Below are positions 1-12,319 of a stretch of 64,000 nt of DNA, in pieces. The DNA is from Haplodiscus bocki (Eukaryota): positions 70,990,001 through 71,054,000 of the forward strand of contig OZ296656.1 in NCBI GenBank assembly GCA_965655095.1, read 5' to 3'. Position numbers and translations under genes: made by a program. The notes beneath the pieces are model-generated. The model saw only the letters and a program-made list of their open reading frames with translations, had not been told where the DNA came from and searched no databases. The stretch's first letter is position 1, and every line of letters begins with the position of its first letter.

Positions 1-3000
1 GCGAAGCTGCGCTGGATAAAGATTTCCGAAGAGGTGGAATCAAGGCGTTCGAAAACTGCCTTTGATCAATAAATCCAAAAATGAAACTTCATTCTTGAAC
101 CTCATGGACTTGCCTAAAACATTTTACAAAAAAAATGGAAAACTCTCTCTAATAAAATCCCTATTTATGGAAGGTCCGAAAGAACATTTTTATGACGGAG
201 TATGACAATGCAACAATCCAGTAAAGATTCAACGAGAAAGAACTTCTGAAGGAGAATGCATCTGAAAGATATTGAAAGCCAGAAAAAAAACAGACAATAG
301 ACGGTAGGAACATTAAACGGGTAATTCTTTTGCTGTGCGTTGGTTTCCTTTTTTTTGATCAAATGTTGTTGACCCCTTCAATGTAGCTGCTCCTGATCAT
401 TATTTACAAATATTAAGCCTCTGTAAGCAACATGTAATTTCTTTTATTGCCTTGAAGAAGTTTTCCTTTTTAATCTATTTCCGATATCATTTCCTGATCG
501 GAAAGCGTCGGTGAGTAATGTTTCAATGGAATAGAAGCTAATTGTACTAATTAGCCTGTCACAATTAAGAGCATAAGTTTAGCCTTTCCAAGAGCATACC
601 TTTAATTTCAAAAACAAACAATTCTCCTTCAAACATGCAACGACTAACTACTTTTTTTGGGACGGTTTACATGGTTCCAAATCCCATACTGTAAACTGAA
701 AAGACATCATCCTTCCCATCTATTGCCTCCATTAATGAACCATGATCGCACCAGGGTTTGATCTATCGTTTAACCTTCCTGTAAAGAGACAACATCAAAA
801 TATATCTTAGTTTAAAAACATGGCTTTCAGCTCCTGTACTGGTATGAACGATATCAAGTTTGTAACCCTTTAGTGAAGCATAGTCGCAAGAGTGTTGTTT
901 AGCGGGTAATATTTTTCTCCCGTTCCTGTTTTCATTGTATTCTTTTTGTAAAGTTGCGATAGAGTCCTTTACTTGTATGATGTTGACGCTTTATTAATTC
1001 ATGGACCAAGTTCTCAACAGTTATACAAAGTTTACTCTAGGTAACTGAACATGTGACACTATATTTTGAACTGATAACATTTTCTACTTCAAAACGTTTT
1101 TGCAAAGAACGGTGCCATGAACAAGCATTTCCCCCGTGAATAGAATTGAACCTACGCACTACATTGGAACAATGCAGACAGCGAGTTTGATTCCTTTGTT
1201 GGGCATATATATTTATAATCATATAGTTGGATGTTTTTACATTTCACATACTCCTTGCGCATAAAATGTAGCTCTCAACTTATCTAAGGTTTGTAGCCCA
1301 ATAGTGACGCTTTTCCAGGCCAGCGTCGTTTACAGGTTGCGGCGTTTATTTTCATTCTTTCACTTCCTGACTGGGATCGATTCCTTCACTTCTGACGATG
1401 TTAATGCTAACCATATTGTTCGTAATTATTAATACTGTTAGACCTCTGGAACTGAACATGCAACTTCATTCATTGCACTGAAATTTAGTTTCTCATCCAA
1501 TTTAAAGTCTATAAGCATTGTCTGATCGCTAAGTATCTTTGATTGATGTTTCCATCTGATACACGCTACATATTAGCCTAATTGATAGAACCAAAAAACG
1601 ATACGGTCAATTTGGATTCTCTCTATGTTCTAACTTTTGGTATTCTGTTTCTCGTCACATAAATCACAGTACGATTTCAACTGAAGGATTTCCGTCCATT
1701 CGTGTGTTAAAGGGCAATTTCTTTTCAGGTGCCATGGGAAAGCATCCAGTTATGATTCTCTGTTTCAATAGTCTCATTTTGCACTAAATTAAAATTTTAC
1801 ACAAATCACCACAGTAGCCTCCCACTGTATCTCTTTCAAACTGCTATGATTCATGTTCAAATAACGCAACAAGCAGTTCAATCTGTCACGCTGTTCTTGT
1901 TGTTGTTCACGTTGTTTTCATGTTTCCATCCTTTTCTTTCGTCGCATCCCAAACTCGTGTAATCCCCGGTTGGTTTATTCCACAAAATTAAAACTTATCA
2001 AAAATTCGCGTTTGAAAATCGGGCACTCAAAACGGTTTGACCAAGATAAAACATTCTCCAATCAAATTGTCAAAATTGGTCCCTCTTTTGAAATATCGCG
2101 TTGCGTATCTCTGTTTACACATCTTTGCGGAGTGTTCCAAAAACGATCGCTTTCGTGTTTGCAACTGTCATTTTGCCCTTTGGTTAATTCAGCAACCAAT
2201 GTATTAAAACGGGATTGACACGGTCATCATTGGACTAAAGCTATGGCATGTTTGACGTAACCTTCTGAACATTTCAACCCAATTGTGTGCGCATCAAACA
2301 GCATGACATATTTCCAAAGAAATGCCTAACATCACCTTCAATATACTGCGCTTCTTGACTATTATACTTTTTTCATTGTTTCAAAAGACAATACCAGCGA
2401 ATTTTATTGGAATTTTCATCTAAAATAACAAAGTCCCCTGAAATACTCTGTTTGCATTCGATTTTCTCTTTGGTCGCCTTTTTACTTTGTTATCCGATTA
2501 TCGATTTTTTCTTCTACCAAAAGCTTCCCTTTCTTTTTATATTGGGGGAGGGTGAGGCTGCGTGGCGGTACATTGCATCCTGTACCACTTGAGTTTCTCA
2601 GCAATTGAACGCGCAGCCTCTGACAAATCCATCGTTATATGCAGTAGGAGAAACCTCTTCAACGTGTTCTTTAAAAAATCTTAACAACGTCTTTTGGTTA
2701 CACGAGGTATGAAAAAGAGAAATCTAGAGGAGGGAACCAGATATGAGTCTGCGGATCCACCGAATTAGGTTCCATTCCACACAAACACTGTTTTTCATTT
2801 TGTTGTGCTTGCTTCAAGACCTTGAAAATGAATGATTTAAATCATCGCTTTTGGTTTTTTCAGGAAGTACCTTTGCAGCTTTAGACGGATCGTAACAGCA
2901 CATGGGACTCATCGTTTGTGCGTTCAAACTCATCTAACAAGTCCATTTTAGTCGTAACTGAATAAATTTGCGATCTCATCAACATTTGACAAAGCTCTTC

Positions 3001-3840
3001 AATTGCTGTTGATACCATAGTGATGTAAGCATAGTGCCAAAAGAATGACTGCAGTTCTCGACAGCCTTAAAAGAAGATATTAGGAAATTTTAGATTGAGA
3101 ACAAACTTGTCAAACAGCCAATTTTATTGTCAGTTTTTGGCCACCAATTGTTAGTCTTTCAAACTGCCCTCTTTATGTACCGTTTTTCTAAGGAAAACAG
3201 AGAAAACATTTGAAACCAAATAGTCGCACAAAGCCATATATTAACAATGTGTGAGGTCATGCATGTTTCCCCACACATAAGTTGATCAGCTGATATTTCT
3301 CCCATATGCGAGGAAAGTCAATTAAATAAAACAAATTTCCAGTACTGTACTCCAACTTAGCTCAAATCGTAAAAATCAATTCGAATGATTGAAAGGATAA
3401 CACCCTTTTGAAGTCAAGTAAGTTTTTCTCAACCGAACTCTACCATAACAATTTCAATTCAACGTTTCAATTTACATTGCAACTACTTTATTGGAAACTG
3501 CCAACCTTGAGGAAGAAAAAAGGCTACAATTAAAATTGTGAATCATCCTCAAAAAATGTCGGGCCTTGCCTCCCATTTTTGATGTTCAGATTTGACAAAC
3601 GAACTGAAGGACACCAGAAAATTAGGTTTGGAGGAAACGGCCACATCTCGTTTCAAAAGTTGTTTGTCGGCAGGTTGGTTGGTATAGAGGAAAAAACTAT
3701 CTTCTTGTTTATTTTTTTTCATATCCTGGAAACGAAAAGCTTCAAAAAAGTTTGATGGAGCCGAACAGCAAAGAATGCAGTTAGCTTCCACCAGAGCGTG
3801 AATGACGGTATTCGGTGTTTCAAAATTAATGTAGTGAATT

Positions 3841-6029
3841 GTTTCAGTCGTTTCGGCTAACCAAGAAACTTTGAGTGAAGGACAGGTCACCATGGGACAG
3901 ACCAAAAGAGTTTAGAACAAAGAGCAGTTTCCGAAAAACTCTAACAAAAAACATGCAAAACTATTAGGGACTGCAACTTGACCAAATGTTTTAAAGACCC
4001 CTTAGTTCAATTTCTTCGGATCCAACTGTTTTCTTCACAAATCACAGCTCAAAAAAAGAGTGCTTCAGCTACTCCAGTGTTGTTACATGTAACGGAAATC
4101 CACCTAATTCAGTGTAGTTTGTACAAAAAAGTAGTTTCTTAATTGAAATTGATGTAGTAGTTCGATGTTTTATCAGGCGTAAACTCAATTACAGTTGACT
4201 TAGCTACAACGTTTTCCTTCTAAACCTGCTCCGAAAAAATGTTGATTGTTGAAGGTTGAGCTTTTTTCAGAGCATAGTTGACTGTATGTTTCTGATACAA
4301 AATATCCCAAGCAATGTCTTGCGATAGTAAGCCAAATGAGGCACAATCGATGACTATATTTTCAGGACCGCAACTGGTAAGAATTTTCAATTATGGTATG
4401 CTTGATTACACCGTGAAATATTCACCCAAATCTGAAAGCCAAATTATTTGAAACATAACCTTTATGTAGTTTAATTGCTCGAAACTTTGTCAAAACAAGA
4501 CACACCGATAAATGTGCGAACAACAGGCATTTAGTCCGACCTATGTTTCAGATGAAAACTATGAACAATTTCCATCACAACAAATTCAACCAAAGGTTAG
4601 AAAGGAACAAAAGCATTGCCCTGAAAGCTTCCGTCAATCTTTTGATTTAGTCATACGTGTTACAGGAAAATCAAAGAAGGAGACAAAAAGGAACTAAAAC
4701 ACCGGGATAAAGCGTCAAGATGCAGATCTTCGTCGAGGCCAGCGCACTGTGCACACAACCCAACTGGGTCATATAAGCAAAGATATCATCTCTGCAGCTC
4801 GGATTGTGCGAAAGTTAGCTACATCAGTAATAATTAGCAACAACTGCACGCACTGTTCCGCCTTGCGGTTTTCTGATGAAACCCTCAATATGTTGTAATC
4901 AATCCAAAAAAGAATTTAATGTCGCCTGAGGTACCTGCTTAACTGAATTACCTATGGACTGTTCGAAACGCCGAAGGTGTGTTGTTCCGTTACTTCATTA
5001 GTCAAACTAACAGTTCTCTCGCAACGGCTTCCGTTAAGATAACGGAAAAACTTCCAGCGATTCATTTTTTCAACTGCTTTGTGTTGATTCGGAGGAAAGC
5101 TCACTTTTTGATGGGAATACTGCCAGCTGGCGCACGAGCCTCTCCTAAATTCGCTCAATTGTATGCCCACGACGCTGGTCAAACGAGCATCCTTGATTAA
5201 TGATTGGCCAAAAAGAGAAGCAACAAACTGTCAGTGCAGAAATATTCGCTTTTGGAATCAATTTTCCGAAAGATTCAGAAGAGAATTATTCAATTTTGAA
5301 AATTTATCCTTACCATTTTCCCATCTGTTTATTCTTCGATTGAGTTCCAGAATGAATTGATATTCAGAAACAGGTATATTAGGGAATTAATTCATATCTG
5401 CAGCCTCTACTGTACCGGAGAGGACAATTTAAGTTTTTTATTGATTCCCATTAACGGCCAATGGCAGAACACATGCGGCGATACAACTACACTTTAACGG
5501 AAGTCCATGCACTGAAAGACTCAACTGCACATCCAACTCAATTGGTTTTACAGGAAAAAGGAGGCGGAAATAAAGTCATTATTGAAGTCCACAGAACTAA
5601 GGATCCCTTGCATTTCGTTCTTTTCAGTAATTTTGATGCCAACGGATGGCAGTCTGATGTGAGGCAAAAGTTAGCGGTCTTTGTATAATTAACCCGTTTA
5701 CATTTAGGAACCTATTACAGACATTTCACAGTTATTATTCCAAAATTCGAAAGTCACTAATCAACTTCAAAGTCAAAGTCTTTCTAAATCTAAACTTCAT
5801 ACCAGTTTTTATCAGTTCCGCTATTTCTTTTCCCCTGTTTTCCAGTTGTTCTTTCAACCAACGAAGTACTATTGGACGGCTGTGTAACTCAAACTCGACC
5901 ACACAGCTGCTAATCAGAGAACGAATTGAACAACTAACAACTGAAGCAACTCATTTTGGTAGCTAAACCGGGGGCCAAAATGTAAAACCTGAAAAGAGTT
6001 TGCTCTCCTAGTTGTTCATGTTTTCAAAT
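3841..6029 (+). repeat. Helitron tandem unit 1 (2189 bp; diverged 5' part, conserved 3' part)
   Basis: Anchor GTTTCAGTCGTT at 3841, 6030, 7608, 9824; ORF 5461-5688 is homologous to 7039-7266 and 9239-9466. Confidence 0.85.
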
Positions 6030-7607
6030 GTTTCAGTCGTTTTGGCAATCAAAGAAACGTTGTGTGAAGGACATGTCACGAGGGGACGGGCCAAGAGCGT
6101 GTAGAACACGGAGCAGTTTCTGAAAAAGTCCTACGAAACAAAATTTGCCAGACTATTAGGGACTGCAACTTGATCCTTTGTTTTCAATACCCCTTAGTTC
6201 ACTTTTTTCGGTTTTCATTCAGTCACGCGTGTTACAGGAAAACGAAGGTGTGAGACGAGGAGGTCGTCCAGGAGCAGCACGATCATGCAGTAAAAATGCA
6301 GTTCCACGTCGACGCCATAGCACTGTTCACACAACACATCTGGGTCAATTAAGCAAAGATAATATTTCTGGAACGCGGATTGTGCGACAGTCACCTACAT
6401 CAGCAATGAGTGCCAACAACTGCACGCACTGTTCCGTTTTGCGGTTTCCCGATTAAACACCCTCAATATGTTGCAATCAAGGCAAAAATAGTAATTGACA
6501 TGTTGCCTGAACCACCTCCTTCCTTGAGGTACATATGGACTGCTCAAAACGACGAAGGCGTGCTGTTCCGTTCTTTCCGCCGTCAAATTAACAATGCTCC
6601 GGCAATGGCTTCCGTTAGGAAGAAAGAAAAACTTCCACCAGGCAATTCTTTCAACCCCACTGTGGTGATTCAGGGAAAAGCCTACTCTTTGATGGGACGT
6701 TTGCAAGCCGATGCTGGAGCATCTCCCAAATTTGCTCAATTGTACCTGCACGACGCTGATGAAACAATCATTCTTGGTTATCGATTGGCCAAAATTGGAA
6801 GCAACAATGTCTGTGCAGGAGTATCGCTGTTGAAATCGATTGTTCAAAAGATTCAGCGGAAAAATCCAATTTCGAAAAATTATCGTTATCATTTTTCCAT
6901 CAGTTTATTGTTCTATTGAGTTGCAGAATGAATTGAGGTTCCATAACCTGTATATTAGGGAGTTTATTCATATCTGCAGCCTCTACTGTACTGGAGAGGG
7001 CAATCTAAGTTTTTTTTATTGAGTCCCATTAACGGCCAATGGCAGAACACTGGCGGCGAAACAACTACACTTTAACGGAAGTCCATGTATTGAAAGACGC
7101 AACTGCACATCCAACTCAATTGGTTTTACAGGAAAAAGGAGGCGGAAATAAAGTCATTATTGAAGTCCACAAATCTAAGGATCCCCTGCATTTCGTTCTT
7201 TTCACTAATGTTGATGCCGACGGATGGCATTGTGATGTGAAGCAAAAGTTAGCGGTCTTTGTATAATTAACCCGTTTACATTTAGGAACCTATTACAGAT
7301 ATTTCACAGTTATTATTCCAAAATTCGAAAGTCACTAATCAACTTCAAAGTCAAAGTCTTTCTATATCTAAACTTCATACCAGTTTTTATCAGTTCCGCC
7401 ATTTCTTTTCCCCTGTTTTCCAGTTGTTCTTTCAACCAACGAAGTACTAATGGACGGCTGTGTTACTCAAACTCGAGCACACAGCAGCTAATTAGAGATC
7501 GAATTGAACAACTAACAACTGAAGCAACTCATTTTGATAGCTAAACTGGGGGCCAAAATGTAAAACCTGAAAAGAGTTTGCTCTCCTAGTTGTTCAGGTT
7601 TTCAAAT
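6030..7607 (+). repeat. Helitron tandem unit 2 (1578 bp; 622-bp internal deletion)
   Basis: Near-identical to unit 3 but joins CACTTTTTTCGG directly to TTTTCATTCAGTCAC at 6210-6211 (GG microhomology); unit 3 has 7790-8411 in between. Confidence 0.9.
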
Positions 7608-9823
7608 GTTTCAGTCGTTTTGGCTATCAAAGAAACATTTTGTGAAAGACATGTCACGAGGGGACGGGCCAAGAGCGTGTAGAACACGGAGCAATTTCTG
7701 AAAAACTCCTACGAAACAAAATTTGCAAGACTATTAGGGACTGCAACTTGATCGTTTGTTTTCAATACCCCTTAGTTCACTTTTTTCGGATCCAACAGTT
7801 TTCTTCACAAATCTGTGCTGAAAAAACTGTGCTTCAGCTTTTCTCGCTTTGTCACATAAATCAGAATTCCAATAATTTTCTAGTAGGTTGCAGAAAAAGT
7901 AGTTTACCAATTAAAATAGTTGTAGTTGTTCATTGTCTTAACGGACGTCAACTCCATGTAAAAAGATTTACAGTTGAGGCGTTTTGCTTCTACTTGCTCC
8001 AAAAAAAATTACATGTTTAAAGTCGAACTTTTTTCAGAGCCTAATGGGATATTGTGTTGAAATATAAATCCTCAGCAACGTCTTCCGTCAGTGAACGAAC
8101 GAAGACACATGCGACAACTACACTTTGAAAACCTGAAGTGGTAAGAATTGTCCATTTTGATATGCGAGATAATTATCTGAAAAATCAATAAACTTTTTTG
8201 CAAAATCCAACCAATTCATTTACAAGACAGTCTCCATATCCTTTATTTGGTTAAATTTTGCTCAAAAGAAGAAGAACGAATAAAAGAGCAAACAACAAGT
8301 GATTATTTTGACCTCTGCTTCAGAAATAGAGTCTGTACATTTTCCTTCACCGCAAAGTCAACAAACGGTGAGAACTGAACGATATGTTTACACTGAAAGC
8401 TTCCATCAAGGTTTTCATTCAGTCACACGTATTACAGGAAAACGAAAGGGTGAGACAAAGAGGTCGTCGAAGAGCAGCACGATCATGCAGTCAAAAAGCA
8501 GTTGCTCGTCGACGCCATCGCACTGTTCACACAACACATCTGGGTCAATTAAGCAAAGATATTTTTTCTGAAACGCGGATTGTGCGACAGTCACCTACAT
8601 CAGCAATGAGTGCCAACAACTGCACGCACTGTTCCGCTTTGCGGTTTCCCGATGAAACACCCTCAATATGTTGCAATCAAGGCAAAAATAGTAATTGACA
8701 TGTTGCCTGAACCACCTCCTTCCTTGAGGTACATATGGACTGCTCAAAACGACGAAGGCGTGCTGTTCCGTTCTTTCCGCCGTCAAATTAACAATGCTCC
8801 GGCAATGGCTTCCGTTAGGAAGAGAGAAAAACTTTCACCAGGCAACTCTTTCAACCCCACTGTGGTGATTCAGGGAAAAGCCTACTCTTTGACGGGACGT
8901 TTGCAAGCCGATGCTGGAGCATCTCCTAAATTTGCTCAATTGTACCTGCACGACGCTGCTGAAACAATCATTCTTGGTTATCGATTGGCCAAAATTGGAA
9001 GCAACAATGTCTGTGCAGGAGTATCGCTGTAGAAATCGATTGTTCAAAAGATTCAGCGGAAAAAATCCAATTTCGAAAATTTATCGTTATCATTTTTCCA
9101 TCAGTTTAATGTTCTATTGAGTTGCAGAAAGAATTGAGGTTCCATAACCTGTATATTAGGGAGTTCATTCATATCTGCAGCCTCTATTGTACTGGAGAGG
9201 GCAATCTAAGTTTTTTTATTGAGTCCCATTAACGGCCAATGGCAGAACACTGGCGGCGAAACAACTACACTTTAACGGAAGTTCATGTATTGAAAGACTC
9301 AACTGCACATCCAACTCAATTGGTTTTACAGGAAAAAGGAGGCGGAAATAAAGTCATTATTGAAGTCCACAGATCTACGGATCCCTTGCGTTTCTTTCCT
9401 TTCACTAATTTTGATGCCGACAGATGGCATTCTGATGTGAAGCAAAAGTTAGCGGTCTTTGTATAAATAACCCGTTTACATTTAGGAACCTATTAAAGAC
9501 ATTTGACAGTTATATTCCAAAAATCGAAAGCCACTAATCAACTTCAAAGTCAGAATTCAAAGAGTTAGGATTCTTTCTAAAATTAAAACTTCATACCAGT
9601 TCTCATCAGTTCTACCATTTCTTTTCCCCTGTTTTCCAGTTGCTCTTTCAACCAACGAAGTACTAATGGAGTGCTGTGTTACTTAAACTCGAGCACGCAG
9701 CTGCTAATTAGAGATCGAATTGAACAACTAACAACTGAAGCAACTCATTTTGATAGCTAAACTGGGGGCCAAAATGTAAAACCTGAAAAAAGTTTGCTCT
9801 CCTAGTTGTTCAGGTTTTCAAAT
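7608..9823 (+). repeat. Helitron tandem unit 3 (2216 bp)
   Basis: Near-identical to the 5' half of unit 4 and the 3' half of unit 2; ORFs at 7748/9964, 8384/10598 and 8610/10824 are paired. Confidence 0.9.
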
Positions 9824-12155
9824 GTTTCAGTCGTTTTGGCTATCAAAGAAACATTTTGTGAAAGACATGTCACGAGGGGACGGGCCAAGAGCGTGTAGAA
9901 CACGGAGCAATTTCTGAAAAACTCCTACGAAACAAAATTTGCAAGACTATTAGGGACTGCAACTTGATCGTTTGTTTTCAATACCCCTTAGTTCACTTTT
10001 TTCGGATCCAACAGTTTTCTTCACAAATCTGTGCTGAAAAAACTGTGCTTCAGCTTTTCTCGCTTTGTCACATAAATCAGAATTCCAATAATTTTCTAGT
10101 AGGTTGCAGAAAAAGTAGTTTACCAATTAAAATAGTTGTAGTTGTTCTTTGTCTTAACGGACGTCAACTCCATGTAAAAAGATTTACAGTTGAGGCGTTT
10201 TGCTTCTACTTGCTCCAAAAAATGTACATGTTTAAAGTCGAACTTTTTTCAGAGCTAATGGGAAATTGTGTTGAAATATAAATCCTCAGCAACGTCTTCC
10301 GTCAGTGAACGAACGAAGACACATGCGACAACTACACTTTGAAAACCTGAATTGGTAAGAATTGTTCATTTTGATATGCTAGATAATTCTCTGAAAAATC
10401 AATAATGTTTTTTGCAAAATCCAACCAATTCATTTACAAGACAGTCTCCATATCCTTTAATTGGTTAAATTTTGCTCAAATGAAGAAGAACGAATAAAAG
10501 AGCAAACAACAAGTGATTAATTTGACCTCTGCTTCAGAAATAGAGTCTGTACATTTTCCTTCACCGCAAAGTCAACAAACGGTGAGAACTGAACGATATG
10601 TTTACACTGAAAGCTTCCATCAAGGTTTTCATTCAGTCACACTTATTACAGGAAAACGAAAGGGTGAGACAAAGAGGTCGTCCAAGAGCAGCACGATCAT
10701 GCAGTCAAAAAGCAGTTGCTCGTCGACGCCATCGCACTGTTCACACAACACATCTGGGTCAATTAAGCAAAGATATTTTTTCTGAAACGCGGATTGTGCG
10801 ACAGTCACCTACATCAGCAATGAGTGCCAACAACTGCACGCACTGTTCCGCTTTGCGGTTTCCCGATGAAACACCCTCAATATGTTGCAATCAAGGCAAA
10901 AATAGTAATTGACATGTTGCCTGAACCACCTCCTTCCTTGAGGTACATATGGACTGCTCAAAACGACGAAGGCGTGCTGTTCCGTTCTTTCCGCCGTCAA
11001 ATTAACAATTCTCCGGCAATGGCTTCCGTTATGATTAGAGGAAAACTTCCACCAGGCAATTCTCACGCCATTGTGGTGATTCAGGGAAAAGCCTACTTTT
11101 TGATGGGGCCTTTGCAAGCTGATGCTGGAGCATCTGCTAAATTTGCTCAATTGTACCTGCACGACACTGATGAAACAAAACATTCTTGGTTATCGATTGG
11201 CCAAAATTATAAGCAACAATTTGTGTGTGCGGAAGTATTCGCTGTTGAGATCGACTGTTCAGAAGATTCAGGTGAGAATTACTCAATTTCGAGAATTTGT
11301 GGGTACCATTCGACGGTTCGCCTATTGTTCTTTTGTGTTCCAAGATGAACTGATGGTGATTAACCCGTACCGTACAATAGGGACTTCATTCAGATTTGCA
11401 ATATCTCCTCTGCCGAAGTAGACAATCTTCGGTCTTTCATCGATCCCCATAAACGGCCGTTGTTAGAACACTCGCGGCGGTACAAAAACAGTTTAACGGA
11501 AGTCACTGTATTGAGAGACTCAACCGCACAGCCAGCTGAATTAGTCTTACACAAAAAAAGAGGCTGATTACAAGTCATTACTGAGGTGCCCAGATCTAAA
11601 GATCCGCTGCATTTTGTTCTCCTTTCCTTTCGGAACCGACGGATGGAATTCTGATTTGAAGCAAAAGTTAGCGGAAGTTGTATACTGGATCTTTTTAAAT
11701 TTAGGAGTCTGTTCAAGACATTTCATCCTAATTATTCCAAAACCGTAATGCTTCCAATAATGGGATTTCAACCATGCAATTTGAAATTCTCCAAATGTTA
11801 CAATTGTTTCAGCTCCCACGCAACAAAACGATTGACTTGCAAGGAGTATTTTTCTTACATGTTGCAAAAGAGGCCCCACTCAACCAACGTCTTCCAATAC
11901 GGTCAGCGGTTGTTCCAAGAGTTTTTGTGTTTGGCCTGGTCTTCCATCAAAAGCCAGCGATTACAGTTCACTGCGAACCATCAAGCGGAGTTAAGATGTG
12001 AACTCTACAGTGAGCTTCTGGACGATATTCATGCAGACCCAGAAGAGAAACTTGTAGCTGAAACTATTCTACCAACAACCGTTGAAGGCTTCTATAGGGA
12101 TAGGATGAAACAAATAGCGGATACCACTGCACTTCACTACGTTCCAGAGAATTAG
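9824..12155 (+). pseudogene. Helitron unit 4: RepHel N-terminal region, with a 73-nt intron at 11272-11344
   Basis: Continues past the point where units 1-3 stop: CKEYFSYMLQKR..FQYGQRLFQEF..QAELRCELY..ILPTTVEG. CAG|GTGAG...CCAAG joins QKIQ to DELMVINPY. Confidence 0.8.
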
Positions 12156-12319
12156 GACTTGATTTTGATTATTTTTCTCCGTTAGAGTGTTTTATTTAGT
12201 CTCCTCTCAGAAAACATCACTAAAAAATACCTATCTTCAAATATATTCCGTCCTGTAATGCTTTCAATTAATTTCTGGGCTTCTTTAGCTCACATATCAT
12301 ACGTTTTTGTACAGGCGTA

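Noticed and set aside
5461-9466. Three similar 75-aa ORFs (MAEH..LAVFV) as a small gene family
   Set aside because: They are fragments of the Helitron RepHel frame (DPLHFVLF..DGW) copied with the tandem units.
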